The notes below the pieces were generated by a model, which was not told the DNA's origin, did not search any database, and worked only from the letters and a program-made list of their open reading frames with translations. Of a stretch of DNA of 64,000 bases, positions 38,840 to 51,739 are shown one piece after another. Both the position numbers and the translations under genes were made by a program. The first letter of the stretch is position 1; each line of letters starts with the position of its first letter. Source of the DNA: Callorhinchus milii (lineage: Eukaryota); NCBI RefSeq assembly GCF_018977255.1, contig NW_024704742.1:48114001-48178000 (forward strand), read 5' to 3'.

Positions 38840-38965
38840 AGTACTACAGATGCTGGAAATCTGGTGTAACCACAGAAGTCGCTGGGAACACGCAGCAGGT
38901 CACGTAGCATCTATGGAGGAAAATGAGTTAAAGTTTCAGGTCAACAACCTATTGTCAGAACTGAA
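38840..38965 (-). mobile_element. Penelope-like element terminal remnant (second copy ~20715-20790, plus)
   Basis: AGATGCTGGAAATCTG..CAGCAGGTC..GCATCT..GAGTTAAAGTTTCAGGTC..TCAGAACTG resembles the common shark Penelope-like terminus; recognised from memory. Confidence 0.55.
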
Positions 38966-39294
38966 AGTGGTTGTGATGTGAGAAGTGATTCAATGGGTAA
39001 CTTGCCACTTAACAGACACTGTGTGTTGTGTTTAGCCCCTCAGGTGTTTGCCTAAGAATGGTATTCGGCTTTAGGTTAAGAACTTAAATCCAATGGTGGT
39101 GACTCATCTGCAATTGTGGCTTCTAGTAGCTGAGTATCCAACCCATACGTTTGGTCAGCAAAGTTTTTACAAGCATTTTTAAAACTAACAACAGGAAAAA
39201 CATATACCTTGAGGTTTCCCCAGACAAGTATCTAAAGAAAATGGCAGATAATCTTTTCTTGGAGTGTTACACACAAATGTATTAAAGAAGGTTA

Positions 39295-39470
39295 TAATAA
39301 TTTGGTCACTCAGTCCACGGCTGTTTGTGGGACACTGCTGTGCGCAATTGGTTGCCGCGTTTCGCCCACAAAATATACAGTCAATCCATTTTACAGTATA
39401 TTCTGTGAAGCGCTTTGAGAACGTCTCGAAGATGTGATAAGGCGCTATGTCAAATGCAAGGATTATTATT
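39295..39470 (+). mobile_element. SINE family A 3' half (similar fragments at ~12054-12212, 20960-21120, 38160-38310 and many others)
   Basis: GGGACACTGCTGTGCGCAATTGG body and ATCAAATGCAAGGATTATT tail. Confidence 0.85.
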
Positions 39471-41879
39471 GTTACCTTCTTCCCCTAAGCCAATAAAGTT
39501 CATTCATACTAAAGATGTTACATTTTTATAGTGTTTTACGATGTCAAAAAGCACTTGTAGAAGTAATTATTGTCGAATGGAACCACAGAAGCTTAGACAT
39601 TTACAGCACAGAAGAGGGTCATTCAGTCCATTTGTGTCCTTTGAAAACTTGGAATATAGATTCTGCCTCAACCACAGGGTATTCCATATTCTAACCACTC
39701 TGTACGTGAAACAAATTCACCGAACCGCCCCATTTGCTCATTTACTGACTATCTTAAGTTAGTAAATGAAGTGCTTTGAGACGTCTTGAAGACGTGATAA
39801 GACACTATATCAAATGCAAGGATTATTATTATTATTAAATCGATGCTTTCGTCACGGACTCACGAGCCAAAATGCTGTAGTTGTTTTTTATAGGCAAACT
39901 CAGCAGCAATTTGCACCTGCAAAGCCCCACAAATAACTATAAGTTGTATAATGAATGAATCTGGAGGAGCTGGTCAGGACAATGGAAGAAACTAACTTCT
40001 GTTCATGAATAATATCAGGAGACATTTAACATTTACTTGGCAAACAGGACCTCATCTTAACAATCTCATCCAAAGAAAGGCACCTCCAGCAAGTTTTGGT
40101 GGGGGGAGTGGGGGAGTGGGGGGTGGGGGTGTTAGCCAGGTGTCTGATACAGACATAAACCCATCACCATACTTCAGGGTATCCAAACCAACTGAGAATT
40201 TCATGCATCCCACCTACACATGGAAATTGTTGGAATGTAATGCGCACTCTCTCCCTGGAGGGACACACCCTGCTTACCTAATTCCAGAAAATATTAGGCA
40301 CAGGTTGGCAAGAGCCAAGGCTTGGGGACCCCAGAGTGTGTGTTGGGATACTGCTGGAGTCCATCCAGCTAAAACCACAAAGCTTCCCATTGAGCGTACT
40401 GTCTGGCAAGCTTTTCTATTGCTTGTCCAGCTAGGACCACTCTACTTGTTAGGGCTTTGGCTTGCAGGGTTAATGGGAGCTGAGTGGGAAGATACCCTGC
40501 ACCAGTGACTGGTCTGCTCTTCCAGGTCCTGCTGATGACCCAGACTGGCTGGTCCATCATCAGCAATGCCCTGGAATACTCTGGACCCACTTGGCAGTCA
40601 GGAACTAGACTACCGAGATCGCCACAGAGGGCTGTCTTGATTCTGACATCCTGTTGTCAAACATCTGGCCTTGGAACCAGTTCACCTCTCAGATTAGAAT
40701 GTAGACATTGAGCTCAAGACCTGATACGGGGCATGAATCCACAACCTACTGAAGCAGAATCAAGACAAGAGTGCTTGGCGCCAACATTTGACAAAATCAC
40801 ATACTGTGTGCAGTGTGGTTTTCTGGTAGAAAGTTATTTATCCTGAACCAAATATTCCACTAATGGTATAAAATATTAAAGAATGCTACCAAGTGAATAG
40901 ATCAGATAAAACTAAGTAGGGAGCAACATCCACAAATTATCAATAGAAGATTTAGCATGCCACACATACTAGACCAAGCCACAGTATTTCCTTCTGTTGG
41001 CCTACTTAGATTGTTTTCAAAGCATCAAAGGATTAATTGTGTTAATTCCTTTCCTGTGCTAAACCCAAGTCTAACCAATGCTCTGACATTCATTCATTCA
41101 CTTTGAACAATTTCTTGGATTTTAAAATGTGTTAAGAAGAAAGCAAATACGTTAACATTTCGAAACATCTCAAAATGCTTCACAAGTAATTGTAGCAGCA
41201 AGTTCCCATGCACAGACATTTGAGATGAATGATCAATTAATCTGGATTGTTGGTCAGGACACTGGGAGAAATCCATTCTCTTTTTGACTGGTGTCTTTAA
41301 TGTCCTTCTGAACGGGACCTGTTTAACATCTCAACTGAAACAGTACCTTCCCAGTACTTTGGGCACTTCACCCTCCCCAGAATGAATAAGATCTCCATAT
41401 CCCTCCCTCCCTATAAAGGTTCCCTACAAAGGTTCTATGATGTGAAGTAAATTTGTTATTCTCAACACAGTATTCAATGATTCTAATTCAATAGCATAAT
41501 GTTCAAATTTTCCATCATTTAACACAAATGTGTGGATTTGGTGTGCAATGCAGATAAAGCAGGGATTTTGCACTAATATTGATTTAGAGCGGGGAGAAAG
41601 ATTACCCTGCTGTAGACTTTTACCATCATCTCAGCAGTTCTGTGCATGCAGAATTTGGTCTTAAATTCTTAAATTCTGCATTAATTTTGACATGGTTTTC
41701 AGTAGCTTTTCAACAAACCTTTTGGGAAAACGATTCAATTTTAAGGCCGCTTTTTAAGAATTGGCCAAATTACGCAATGATTTGGAATACCAGGAAAATA
41801 ATGAAACTCTGTACTAAGGTGGAATATCTCCCCAAAGCTCCAGCCTGTTTGGTGGCACAGTTAAACTCCCTGTCACTGA

Positions 41880-42287
41880 ATCCTTAACTAATTTATTCAT
41901 TAATGCATGCACAGTGATAGTAGCAGCTGAACCAGGCAGTGATGGGCACATTGGGGAAGTATCCTTTTAATGTTTAATCTCCCGATGTAATAAACTCTCT
42001 GGATGAGTGAGCCTCCAGCGTAGTGTCATTCAACCCGTGAAGCTACGTGTACTGGAAAAGTCAGCTCAACACTTGCAGCAAGCTCGAGTGAAGCTGCGGA
42101 GATCGCTGCTGGTTTCCACATGCGGTAACGTTACATTAACCCAGAGTGTATTTATACCAATAAATCGCTGACCATCACATTGTGACTTGTCTGTGATATG
42201 GATAATGTATTGCTGGTAACGTTTGCATGATTGCATTTTGCAGGTGTGTGACTTTCATTCTGCTCTTGAGGATCACTGGTTTCCAAC
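41880..42287 (+). promoter_or_regulatory. Candidate CHRNA9 proximal promoter / 5'UTR
   Basis: Repeat-free and directly upstream of the ATG; POU4F-like TAATTTATTCAT (41889-41900), E-box CAGCTG (41924-41929). Confidence 0.35.
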
Positions 42288-42348
42288 ATGAAGCTGTGTC
42301 TAAGTCTTATGGGATTAAAGTTGCTTTTAAACGCATTCTTCATCATGG
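42288..42348 (+). CDS. CHRNA9: CHRNA9 coding exon 1 (signal peptide MKLCLSLMGLKLLLNAFFIM)
   Basis: AACATG start, hydrophobic 20 aa, phase-1 donor G|GTAAGG that joins exon 2 in frame (G+AA = Glu). Confidence 0.8.
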
Positions 42349-42624
42349 GTAAGGGTGGCTTTGTTTCTTTACTGAATCCTCTCTCCGCGTGTTTTAAATT
42401 TTCTATCACAGTACCTAGGTTTAAGTGAGTCATTTGACTTCACTGAATTGTACTCCACAACTTGGACAGTAAATAATAAATATGAATAAACTTTTCTTGG
42501 TAGAAGAGGAGAAATTGATTAAAAATTAGTAACTGTTAATAGAGACATTTAGACTGCAGAGAAACAGAACTTGAACCCTACTAAAACCCCTCTTTGCTTT
42601 CATACAAAGCTGCCCAGCTTGTTT

Positions 42625-42922
42625 CTTACCTTACCATCGGTGGCCGGGCCTTCAGCCTCTCAGCCCCGAGGCTCTGGAACTCTATCCCCAGTGCCTTCGC
42701 CGCCTCCTCCCTTTCCTCCTTCAAGGCCGGTCTCAAGACCTTTCTCTTTGACCGTGCCTTCAGCTCCCCTCTCGACTCTCTACCCCTCCTCGCTCCCTCC
42801 CTTCCCCCCCCTCACCCTGACCATTTCCCCCAAGGCTCGGGTCCTGACCCAACTGTCCAGCGCCTTGGGACGTCCTCCCGACGTGAAAGGCGCTCTATAA
42901 ATGAAATCTTGTTGTTGTTGTT
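42625..42922 (+). mobile_element. Young L2 3' end in CHRNA9 intron 1
   Basis: TIGGRAFSLSAPRLWNSIP..FKAGLKTFLFDRAF, stem-loop tail and (TTG)n. Confidence 0.9.
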
Positions 42923-43623
42923 ACAGGTTCATTGCGTCAATTGTTAAATCTAGACACTGATGATTATATTTTGTGAGTTTCGGTGGCTATATATTTTATA
43001 TTTATTCCTTTCCTTACTGTACCAAATTAATTTGGGTGAAAAAATCGATTTTTTTTAAGCTAAACAATTTAAATTTGAGCTTATGGGTTTTGTGTTCACC
43101 AGGCCAACCATTCTGCCTGTTCCATTGACAGAGTGTGTTATACACTTTGGCTTATCCAACAGACATTACCAATTTCACATGTATTTCTTCTCTATTTCGC
43201 CTTACAATAAAATCCTGTGACGAGCTTTGAGACTTTTCATCAATGTGATAATACACTTTATTAAATGCAAGGTTTATTATTATAGAAGAAAATTTGGATT
43301 TTGAGCAGTGCAGATATGCGAGTCTGTTATAAAATGGAAGATGTAAGTTTTATCTTAGTGGTATTAGTACACTGTTCAAAACATCAGTTAACACACTCAA
43401 GTGCTGCGAGAAGTCTGTTAAGGCAGACAAAACATCATTTTTCACTGTACTTGAGGCTATACATAGTCAGGCTTGCCAGGATTCCAAACAAATTGGTAGA
43501 CACAATATTTGTAGTAGTTGGTGATCTACAATGTGATGAAAATAAATGCTTTTATTCCTGCTCACTTGTATTCTTTCTATTCAAATGATTATTAACTAAT
43601 GACTACCTTGGCTGTATGAACAG

Positions 43624-43769
43624 AAGCTGAATCAGCAGATGGAAGGTACGCTCATCTGCTATTGAAGACCTTATTTGAGGACTATACGAATGCTCTCAGG
43701 CCTGTAGAAGATACGGATCGAGCGCTTAATGTCACTTTGAAGGTCACACTCTCCCAAATTAAAGATATA
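43624..43769 (+). CDS. CHRNA9: CHRNA9 coding exon 2
   Basis: cag|AAGCTGAATCA..; encodes [48 protein letters not shown]; donor GTAAGA; 146 nt. Confidence 0.95.
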
Positions 43770-44492
43770 GTAAGATCCACCTATACGTCTTTGTCTCTCT
43801 GTGTCCTTCGAATTTGCCTGTATAAGCATGCAAAATGTAATTATAAGAATATAATTGAGCTTAATTCAAATAGCTATTTCTATTTTAGAATTTATAACCG
43901 TTCAAGGCTTGAAATCCCCAAATCTTAGCTCTTGTCAATAAGCACCTAAACTTTGTGGGATTTGGTAAACACAGTCCACTGTTGAGGGGTTGCACCACAT
44001 ACTCCATTCCAGACAGTGCCATACATATGGAACTTTCAGTAGTTTGGTTTGGATACTCTTAAGCATGATGCTGGGTTGGTGTCCCTTTGTGATACCAATA
44101 CTGTATTCCTGATGAGAAAGGTGTCAGTGGACAAGTTTGATTTTTTTTTCTACTGGAACAATATCACCTGACCTAAAACATGCAATTTTTTTTATTTCAG
44201 TGGTCATTCATCATTGTTGCACAATGTAATGCTCCTTATCTATTTAAAAGGTTTTGAAAACGTTGGTGGCTAAATTTTACTTGGTCCTAATTTTAGGTTA
44301 AATTTTGTTCCACGTTGTGGCAAAGAATGCACTTGATATTTCCCCCCTTCCCCTGACGTATATCTTTGCAACATTTAAATTATAATGTGACTTTAAGAAA
44401 GAGGACATTCTGTAATGAAAAAATAAGCATTTCAATAGTGATTAAACTATTATCCTCTTCAATTATGTGATTTTACTTTTTCATTCTCATAG

Positions 44493-44647
44493 GATGAAAG
44501 GAACCAAATTCTGACTGCTTACCTGTGGATTCGACAAATTTGGTTTGATGCTTTCCTTACGTGGGACAGAGATAAATATGATGGGCTTGATTCCATCCGA
44601 ATACCTAGTTCCTACTTATGGAGACCCGACATTGTCTTATATAATAA
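44493..44647 (+). CDS. CHRNA9: CHRNA9 coding exon 3
   Basis: ttctcatag|GATGAAAGG; encodes [51 protein letters not shown]; donor GTAGGT; 155 nt. Missed by the ORF track. Confidence 0.96.
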
Positions 44648-45199
44648 GTAGGTCAAAATGGCATTGATTCACATTGTCAATTGCCATAATGTTTAAGTTA
44701 AACCAAAGTTCAGATGGATGCTAAAGATACAATTTTTTGAATAAGTACAAGGTTAGTGATCACACTGCTCTGCCCAGCAGTGTTAAAACTTAAACATGTA
44801 AAACTACCAAGAAGCCCCATTGAGGGTACAGATCTCTCTGTTTATAACACGTTTTAGGATCATGCGATAATTCAGTTGATTGACTCTTCTATGTCCCTCT
44901 TTCCCCTTGGAATTATGCTCTTTCAACATCCTTTGGTACTTCTCCCCTTCCTCCCTCTCCTTCTCTCTCTCTATAGCTATCACTTTCCCCTCTCAGAAAC
45001 TTCCCTTCCTGAAATTGAGAATAGCTAGATGGAAGGGGATAGGAAACAGCTATATTAAAAAACAACTCTTTCAAAATGTAGGTTGCTGTTTGCTTGTTGA
45101 CATGTGTTTTAAAACTGTTGCTGAATATTTTCCCATTTACCCGTTAAGATTTTGTTTTTTTCCGAAGACGCCTTAACTTTTGGTGACTTATTATTTCAG

Positions 45200-45732
45200 G
45201 GCAGATGATCAATCCGGAGAATCAATGGAGACAAATGTGGTGCTGAGGTATGATGGGAGGGTAACATGGGATTCACCAGCGATTACTAAGAGCTCGTGTG
45301 TGGTCGATGTTTCTTATTTTCCATTTGATAATCAGAGGTGCAACCTCACATTTGGCTCATGGACGTACAATGGAAACCAGGTAGACATCGATGATGCACT
45401 CGACAGTGGAGACCTGACTGATTTTGTGGAGAATGTTGAATGGGAAGTACATGGGATGCCAGCCACAAAGAACGTAATAATTTATGGATGTTGTTCGGAT
45501 CCATACCCAGATATCACATACACATTAATCCTGAAAAGGAGGTCGTCCTTCTACATTTTTAACCTGTTGCTCCCCTGTGTAATGATCTCATCCCTAGCTC
45601 CTTTAGGGTTTTATCTGTCAGCAGATTCTGGAGAGAAAGTATCACTGGGCGTGACTGTGCTTCTGGCTCTGACTGTGTTTCAGTTGATGGTTGCAGAAAG
45701 CATGCCTCCCTCAGACAGCGTCCCACTGATTG
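45200..45732 (+). CDS. CHRNA9: CHRNA9 coding exon 4 (Cys-loop, loop C vicinal cysteines, M1, M2)
   Basis: tttcag|[16 protein letters not shown]ys-loop, [28 protein letters not shown]; donor GTAAGT; 533 nt. Confidence 0.97.
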
Positions 45733-47789
45733 GTAAGTGACTTGCTTCCCATTTTAACAATGCTCTTATATTTAGACACAAATATAAGAACATTAGAAAA
45801 ACATGAAGTCATGAAGAATAGGCTGAAACTCCAATGCAGTGTTGGGGGTGCGCTGCATTGTTATGGTGCTGCCCTTTGGATGAGATGTTAAACTGAGTCC
45901 TAACTGCCTGTACAGGTGGATATTAAAGATTTCAAGGCACTCTCCAAGAAGAGAAGGGAGTTTATCCTGTGTCCTGGCAAACAATCTCCTTGCAAAATTA
46001 GTCATTCATTTCATGGCTGTTTGTGGGGCATCACTGTGCACAAATTGGTTGCTGTTATTGCCTAAAAATACACATTCAATACATTTTACAGTAATCTTAT
46101 GAAGCACTTTGAAACATCATAACAATGTGCAATATCAAATGTAAGGATAAATCTGCAATGACAAAAGGCAATTTTTGGCTTGTCAAGACCATTTCACCCA
46201 CAGCCCACACAGGACGATCTATCATTGATCCCTTAACTTCAAGGATCCTATAAGCAGAGGTGTTAATATCCCCATAAGACTCAATTCCCTTTCCCAGCAG
46301 ATATTGATCCAGCTTTGGTTTAAAGGGATCAATTGCTTCAGAACTACTCACATTTGTGAGTGACTGATCGACTTATTCTGGGGATGGGGAGGAAATCCAG
46401 CTCAAAGCATGTGAATTTATTATTCTTGTCCTGCAGTCCACCACAACTCATCCAAGTTAAATAGTCTGCTTACTTTAACCCCATTAGTAGAAACTGCATT
46501 AGAAGCACATACTGTTAAAGGTCGACAAGCAGAGAATAATGAACACTTACTGGCAAAGGTCAGTAACTTACCACCAAGGGAGGATAGATTTCTATGTACT
46601 GAAAATGGATTAAGTTAACTAAAAGATACCTGCTCCATGTGAAATGTAAATGCATAGTATCCTAAAGGGATTTTGTGGTATTATGTTCATATAGAGCACT
46701 GAGAAGATTAATTTACAGTAATTTACCATGACTTGTCATGTTTAGTTTAAAAGCAATGGGATGTCCTCCTGACGTGAAAGGTGTCATATAAATGCAATTT
46801 GTTGTTGTTGTTACTTTTGTTGTTGTTTTACTGTATGACTGACCACTCATTTTGACATTCTGTAAAAATATAGTATTCAGCATTATAACATGACCTCTTA
46901 GTCTCAAACTTCAACCGTAAATCCCATTGCTGAAATGAAAAGAAATGTATGAAATAGCTATGCGGCAAAATATGTTTTTGAATCAATTTCTTATACCATT
47001 TGAGGGATCGCTTTAATACATCAATATTCTAGTTTAGCATGTAAGTGTTATCAGTATAATTGTTATATAGAATTTATATTATTGTGTTTAAAGCTGTATT
47101 TGGAGGAATTTTAAAAAGTATCTCTATATGGTGGTTACAGTGTAGATGTGGTGCTTGTAGTACAGTGATGTGAGTTAATTAGACAGGATTACATTGCAGG
47201 CTTCATGTAGATCTCACCCTAGGCTAATTGTAAGTTATGCAGTCTGTGAATGCATACTAATAAACTTCAGAGCTCCAGTAAACCTACGCCTGAAGGCCAG
47301 TTAAAAGTTTAACATTAATAAAGGAACACTGGACCTGACAGCTCTTTATTAACACTGTAGTAAATGTATGCTCCCAAATGATATGACTTACGTGAAGTTT
47401 ACTGCATTAATAATTAATATTTACAATCTTACGGGCAGCCTGGTGGACCACTCAAGAACTCTTTGAACTTGACATTTTAAGTTTAAAAGTTCTCTTTGTG
47501 TCAGCTTGAATTAAGCCATACCACTTCCTGTGCAGAGCCCAGGTGTGAAAGAGAGAGGTTGGAGGTTAGAGATAACAGAAAGCTGACTTGTCAGACAAGC
47601 TATTTCTTGTACCCTGCCCAGAATTGTGTGTGGTCTGCTAGAACAGGCTGCCCAGAAAGGGCAACAGCACTGACATTTTGGATGGACTTGGGCTTTTAAG
47701 AGAATCAAGAGATTTTTGAGGGATAAAGAAGGACCTCGCACAAAAGAGTAAAGCAAGCTTCTTAGAGGCTGTATTAACAATGGAAGAGA

Positions 47790-48107
47790 TAATAATAATA
47801 ATCCTTGATTTTGATAAAGCACCTTATCACGTCTTCAAGACGTCTCAAAGCGCTTCACAGAATATACTCTAAAGTGAATTGACTGTATATTTTGTGGGTG
47901 AAACATGGCAGCCAATTGCGCACAGCAGTGTCCCACAAACAGTCGTGGATTGAAGTACCAATTTTTTTTGTGTTATGTTTCGTCCACAAAATATACAGCC
48001 GATTCATTTTACAGTATATTCTCTGAAGTGCTTTGAGATGTCTCAATGACGTGATAAGGCGCTATATCTACTGCAAAGATTATTATTATTATTATTATTA
48101 TTATTAT
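47790..48107. mobile_element. Two SINE family A 3' fragments in inverted orientation, CHRNA9 intron 4
   Basis: Minus copy ~47790-47960, plus copy ~47975-48107. Confidence 0.85.
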
Positions 48108-49104
48108 GCGAGTTCATTTCAGAACTAATAGCAAAGTTAAGAGTTCTAGCCTGAAAAAAAGAGTTGAGTGAAGTTAACAAAGGCAAGAAGTGGTAGCTGT
48201 TGGTCAAACTTGTAGCTGTGAAGAAACTGTGGACACACACTTCTGTTGATCAGCAGTTACCAAGCCTGATGCTGTGGACTTAAAGGGAAACTCAGCGCCT
48301 TGGGACGTCCTCCCGACGTGAAAGGCGCTCAATTAAATGGAATCTTGTTGTTGTTATTATCAAACACCAAGACCTTTACTGAGAAGAATGATTTCACTCC
48401 GTGTTTTCTAGGAATTGAAAAATAGCAAGATTTCCATTGCCGTATGAAAGAACATAGAGGAGATCAACGTTTAGTGAGCTGCTTATTGTACTGCGAGGGG
48501 AATGCAGTTGTGTGCACTTGAGACGGTCCAATCTGAAGGAATTTGTTGATTGTGGCATAGAATCATCAACAATAAATAGGATCAGTTTGAACTGGGATTG
48601 GAACAGGCCATTGATTTAAGGAAGGAATAAAGCGGGAAGCAAAATGAGCCCTTTATCTTCTTGAGCTGAAAACAGTCAAAGAATGAGGCATCAATTTATA
48701 GTAAAGTTAGCGATTCGAGAGGAAACTTGTTACTCATGAGCGTAGCTGGTGGAAGATCTTATCATTAGCATATAAAATATACCGTACGCACATTAAAAAA
48801 AATGAATAATACGCCAATCAGCTCCTTTTAAAAGCACTCAATAAATATTTGTTTAAGAATGGGATCAAAGGTTATGCAGTTGGACCTAAAGGATAGCATT
48901 GGCTTGGTTTCCTGAACGGCTGATATCACAGATGTGACTTGTGGAATGTGTCTAGTATTGGTTATAAACTTCTGGGCTTTTTCTTGGTTACCCTGGGGAT
49001 CTGAGAAATCTCACAGAACTTTATCTTACTGAAACATTTATCTATGAAAGAAGATTGAGCTGGACTGATGGTCCTCAGTAAGATATATTTTAGCATAAGC
49101 ATGA

Positions 49105-49670
49105 CAACAACAACAAAATTACAATTATAGAATGCCTTTCACATCAAGAGGACGTCCCAAAGTGCTGAACAGTCAGGTGTCGGGGCCCGAGCATGGGGGA
49201 GGGGTGGGGTAGGGGTGAGGAAAGGCACAGAGGTGGGAGGGAGATCAAAGGCACGATCGAAGAGAAGGGTCTTGAGGCCGGCCTTGAAGGAGGCAAGGGA
49301 GGAAGCGAGGCGAAGGGACCGTGGGATGGAGTTCCAGAGTGTGGGGGCAGAGAGGCTGAAAGCCCGGCCACCGATGGTAGGGCGGGTCGGGTGGGAGACA
49401 CGGAGCAGGCCGGAACCCGCTGAACGGAGGGAGCGGGCAGGTTGGTAGGGAGTCAGCAGGTCAGAGAGGTAGGGGGGAGCAAGGCCATGGATGGCCTTAA
49501 AGGTGAGGACGAGGATCTTGAACTCTTGAACTCGATCCTCTGAGAGATGGGGAGCCAGTGGAATCGGGCGAGGGTGGGAGTGATGGGGTCACGGAGCCTG
49601 GTGCGTGAGAGTACACGACCTGCAGAGTTTTGGATGATCTGCAGCTTGTGAAGGGAAGAGTTTGCAAAGT
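49105..49670 (-). mobile_element. L2 3' end in CHRNA9 intron 4
   Basis: KLQIIQNSAGRVLSRTRLRDPITPTLARFHWLPISQRIEFK; (TTG)n tail. Confidence 0.9.
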
Positions 49671-49855
49671 AGAAGGAAAGTATTTGAAAGACCAAATAAG
49701 TATTTGAAGGACCAAATGCCCTTTTCCAATTCTATCCTTCCTAATGTTTTCGATTATGCTAAAAAAAGTTGTCGTCCTAACCTTATAAGAATTTTTTCTT
49801 CCAAAATGACAACCTATTCCAATGTTTGTCCCTTTTCTTTATTATTATTATTCAG

Positions 49856-50505
49856 GTAAATACTATATAGCAACGATGACAATGATCACTGCTTCCACTG
49901 CGCTGACCATTATCATCATGAATATTCACCACTGTGGGCCAGATGCCAAACCAGTTCCAAAATGGGCAAAAGTGATCATATTGCAATATATGTCAAAGAT
50001 GTTTTTTGTGTATGAAATTGGTGAAAACTGCACAATGTCACAAAAAAAAGAGGAAAAACGGGACTATAAGATGCAAATTAATAATTCTAAAACAAATGCA
50101 AAGTTTAGAAAGGAACAGGAGATGAGAATAAAGGCACAGTTTTCCAAAGAATACCATAGCAACACGATGACACTGAAGGAGGAAGAGTCTCGGTCTGTGA
50201 TACCACTACAGCGCTGTCCAGTTTGCAATCAGAAAGAGTCCAATGGCCAATCTAACAGAGGTGCTGCGGACAGCTATGCCAGTGAAGAAGATGTTGACCT
50301 GACCCCCTGCATCTGTTCCTTTCATCAAGGCAGAGTGGCAAAAAATATTGAATTTATTGCTAACTGCTTCAGAGAGCAAAAGGCGACCAATGCTAAATCC
50401 GCAGAGTGGAAGAAAGTGGCCAAAGTCATTGATCGATTCTTCATGTGGATATTCTTTGTAATGGTGTTTTTCATGAGCTTTCTGATCATAGGAAAGGCAA
50501 CCTAG
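49856..50505 (+). CDS. CHRNA9: CHRNA9 coding exon 5 (M3, cytoplasmic loop, M4)
   Basis: ttcag|GTAAATAC; KYYIATMTMITASTALT...EWKKVAKVIDRFFMWIFF; TAG stop. Assigned alpha9 rather than alpha10 from sequence and RHOH synteny. Confidence 0.95.
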
Positions 50506-51739
50506 CTTTATTTTATTTGTTCCTGTTCTGTATTAAATATAATCTTTTCTTACCTTGCAATATAAAAAGGGTTACCTTTGTGCAAAAAACGCACAATGCA
50601 TAGTGTAAACAATACCTGTGGAATATGATTTTATATGCTGTTTATTTCTACTGTGCTATTCTGCAGTAACATTTTAATATTGATGCAAGTGAAGCTTGAA
50701 AGTGACAAACTCTACAATTGCAACTGGTTCGGAATGGTCACTGCACCAAGTTAATGCATCACTAAAAAGATCATTTTGGCTATTCTAAACATGCACATAC
50801 CATACAATCCATACATACACATGTATATGTAAAACCCAGCAGGAGCTGCACATACAGGTTATTACATTATTACATGATGCAGAGTAAGTCTTCCAAAATA
50901 TTACATCCCCAAATCTAATTTGCAGGAGCAGGAACACATTACTGATGTCGTACAACAATCTGGGAGGAGCAGTTTTCTCAGCAGCAGCTGCTCTGTATGA
51001 ATATAACTGCAGCTCCCAAGTAATGTTCGCAATGCTTGTTTTTAATCAACTATTGTTTCTTTCCCACCCTCTTGGGAGGATTTGGGGTTTGATACCCGTT
51101 TAAATGCATCAAGTTAATTCAAATCATGGTTTTAACTTTCATCATTTCTGTTCCCATGATAGCCGCAGTGCCTCTCTAGCTGTCCACAGTTGGTTACTTG
51201 TTGGAAATTCCTAGTGTCTCTCTTTCAGCCATCACACTGTTTGTGTAGTCTCATGAAATCCTCTGGTATCATTGACTGATTTAACTCATATTATTACAAA
51301 GTTACTCTCATCGGAATAAAGAGACCTGAAAAACATTATTTAAATTAGGGTTGAAAGGCAAACTTGTATTTTGTGCAGTGAAATAAAAATATTTTTCCTT
51401 TCCTTTCGGGTTGTTTGCCTATATTTGCAAGAGGTGTACTTGGTCAGTGTATCCGATATAGTGGCTGTGGTCACTGTGTTATGTGAAGGAGAACCTGTTG
51501 CCACAGACTGTAGAATCAGAATCAATGAACATCACTGCTGACTGATCCAGGGAAATCCCAGCTTCCCAGCAGTGGCTATTTTTAAAAAAAACTCTTCAGT
51601 TCACACAATGTGATGCCAATATCACCTCTAATTCTACAGTAATAGAACTACCAGATGTCAGAAGTAGTTTTATTATTGTAACAGCAACATTAAACTAAAA
51701 TGTTAAAATCCATTTAAATAAAACGGGCACTTTTCTTCT

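Noticed and set aside
40005..40711. 167-aa and overlapping ORFs
   Set aside because: Fall in an antisense copy of repeat family C and DeuSINE remnants.
45180..45199. ORF-track starts upstream of CHRNA9 exons 4 and 5 (45180, 49822)
   Set aside because: Intronic read-in; true boundaries are the acceptors at 45200 and 49856.
42288..50505. Assignment as CHRNA10
   Set aside because: Some residues (ESMPPS) are alpha10-like, but [32 protein letters not shown] and RHOH adjacency favour alpha9; a tree would be decisive.
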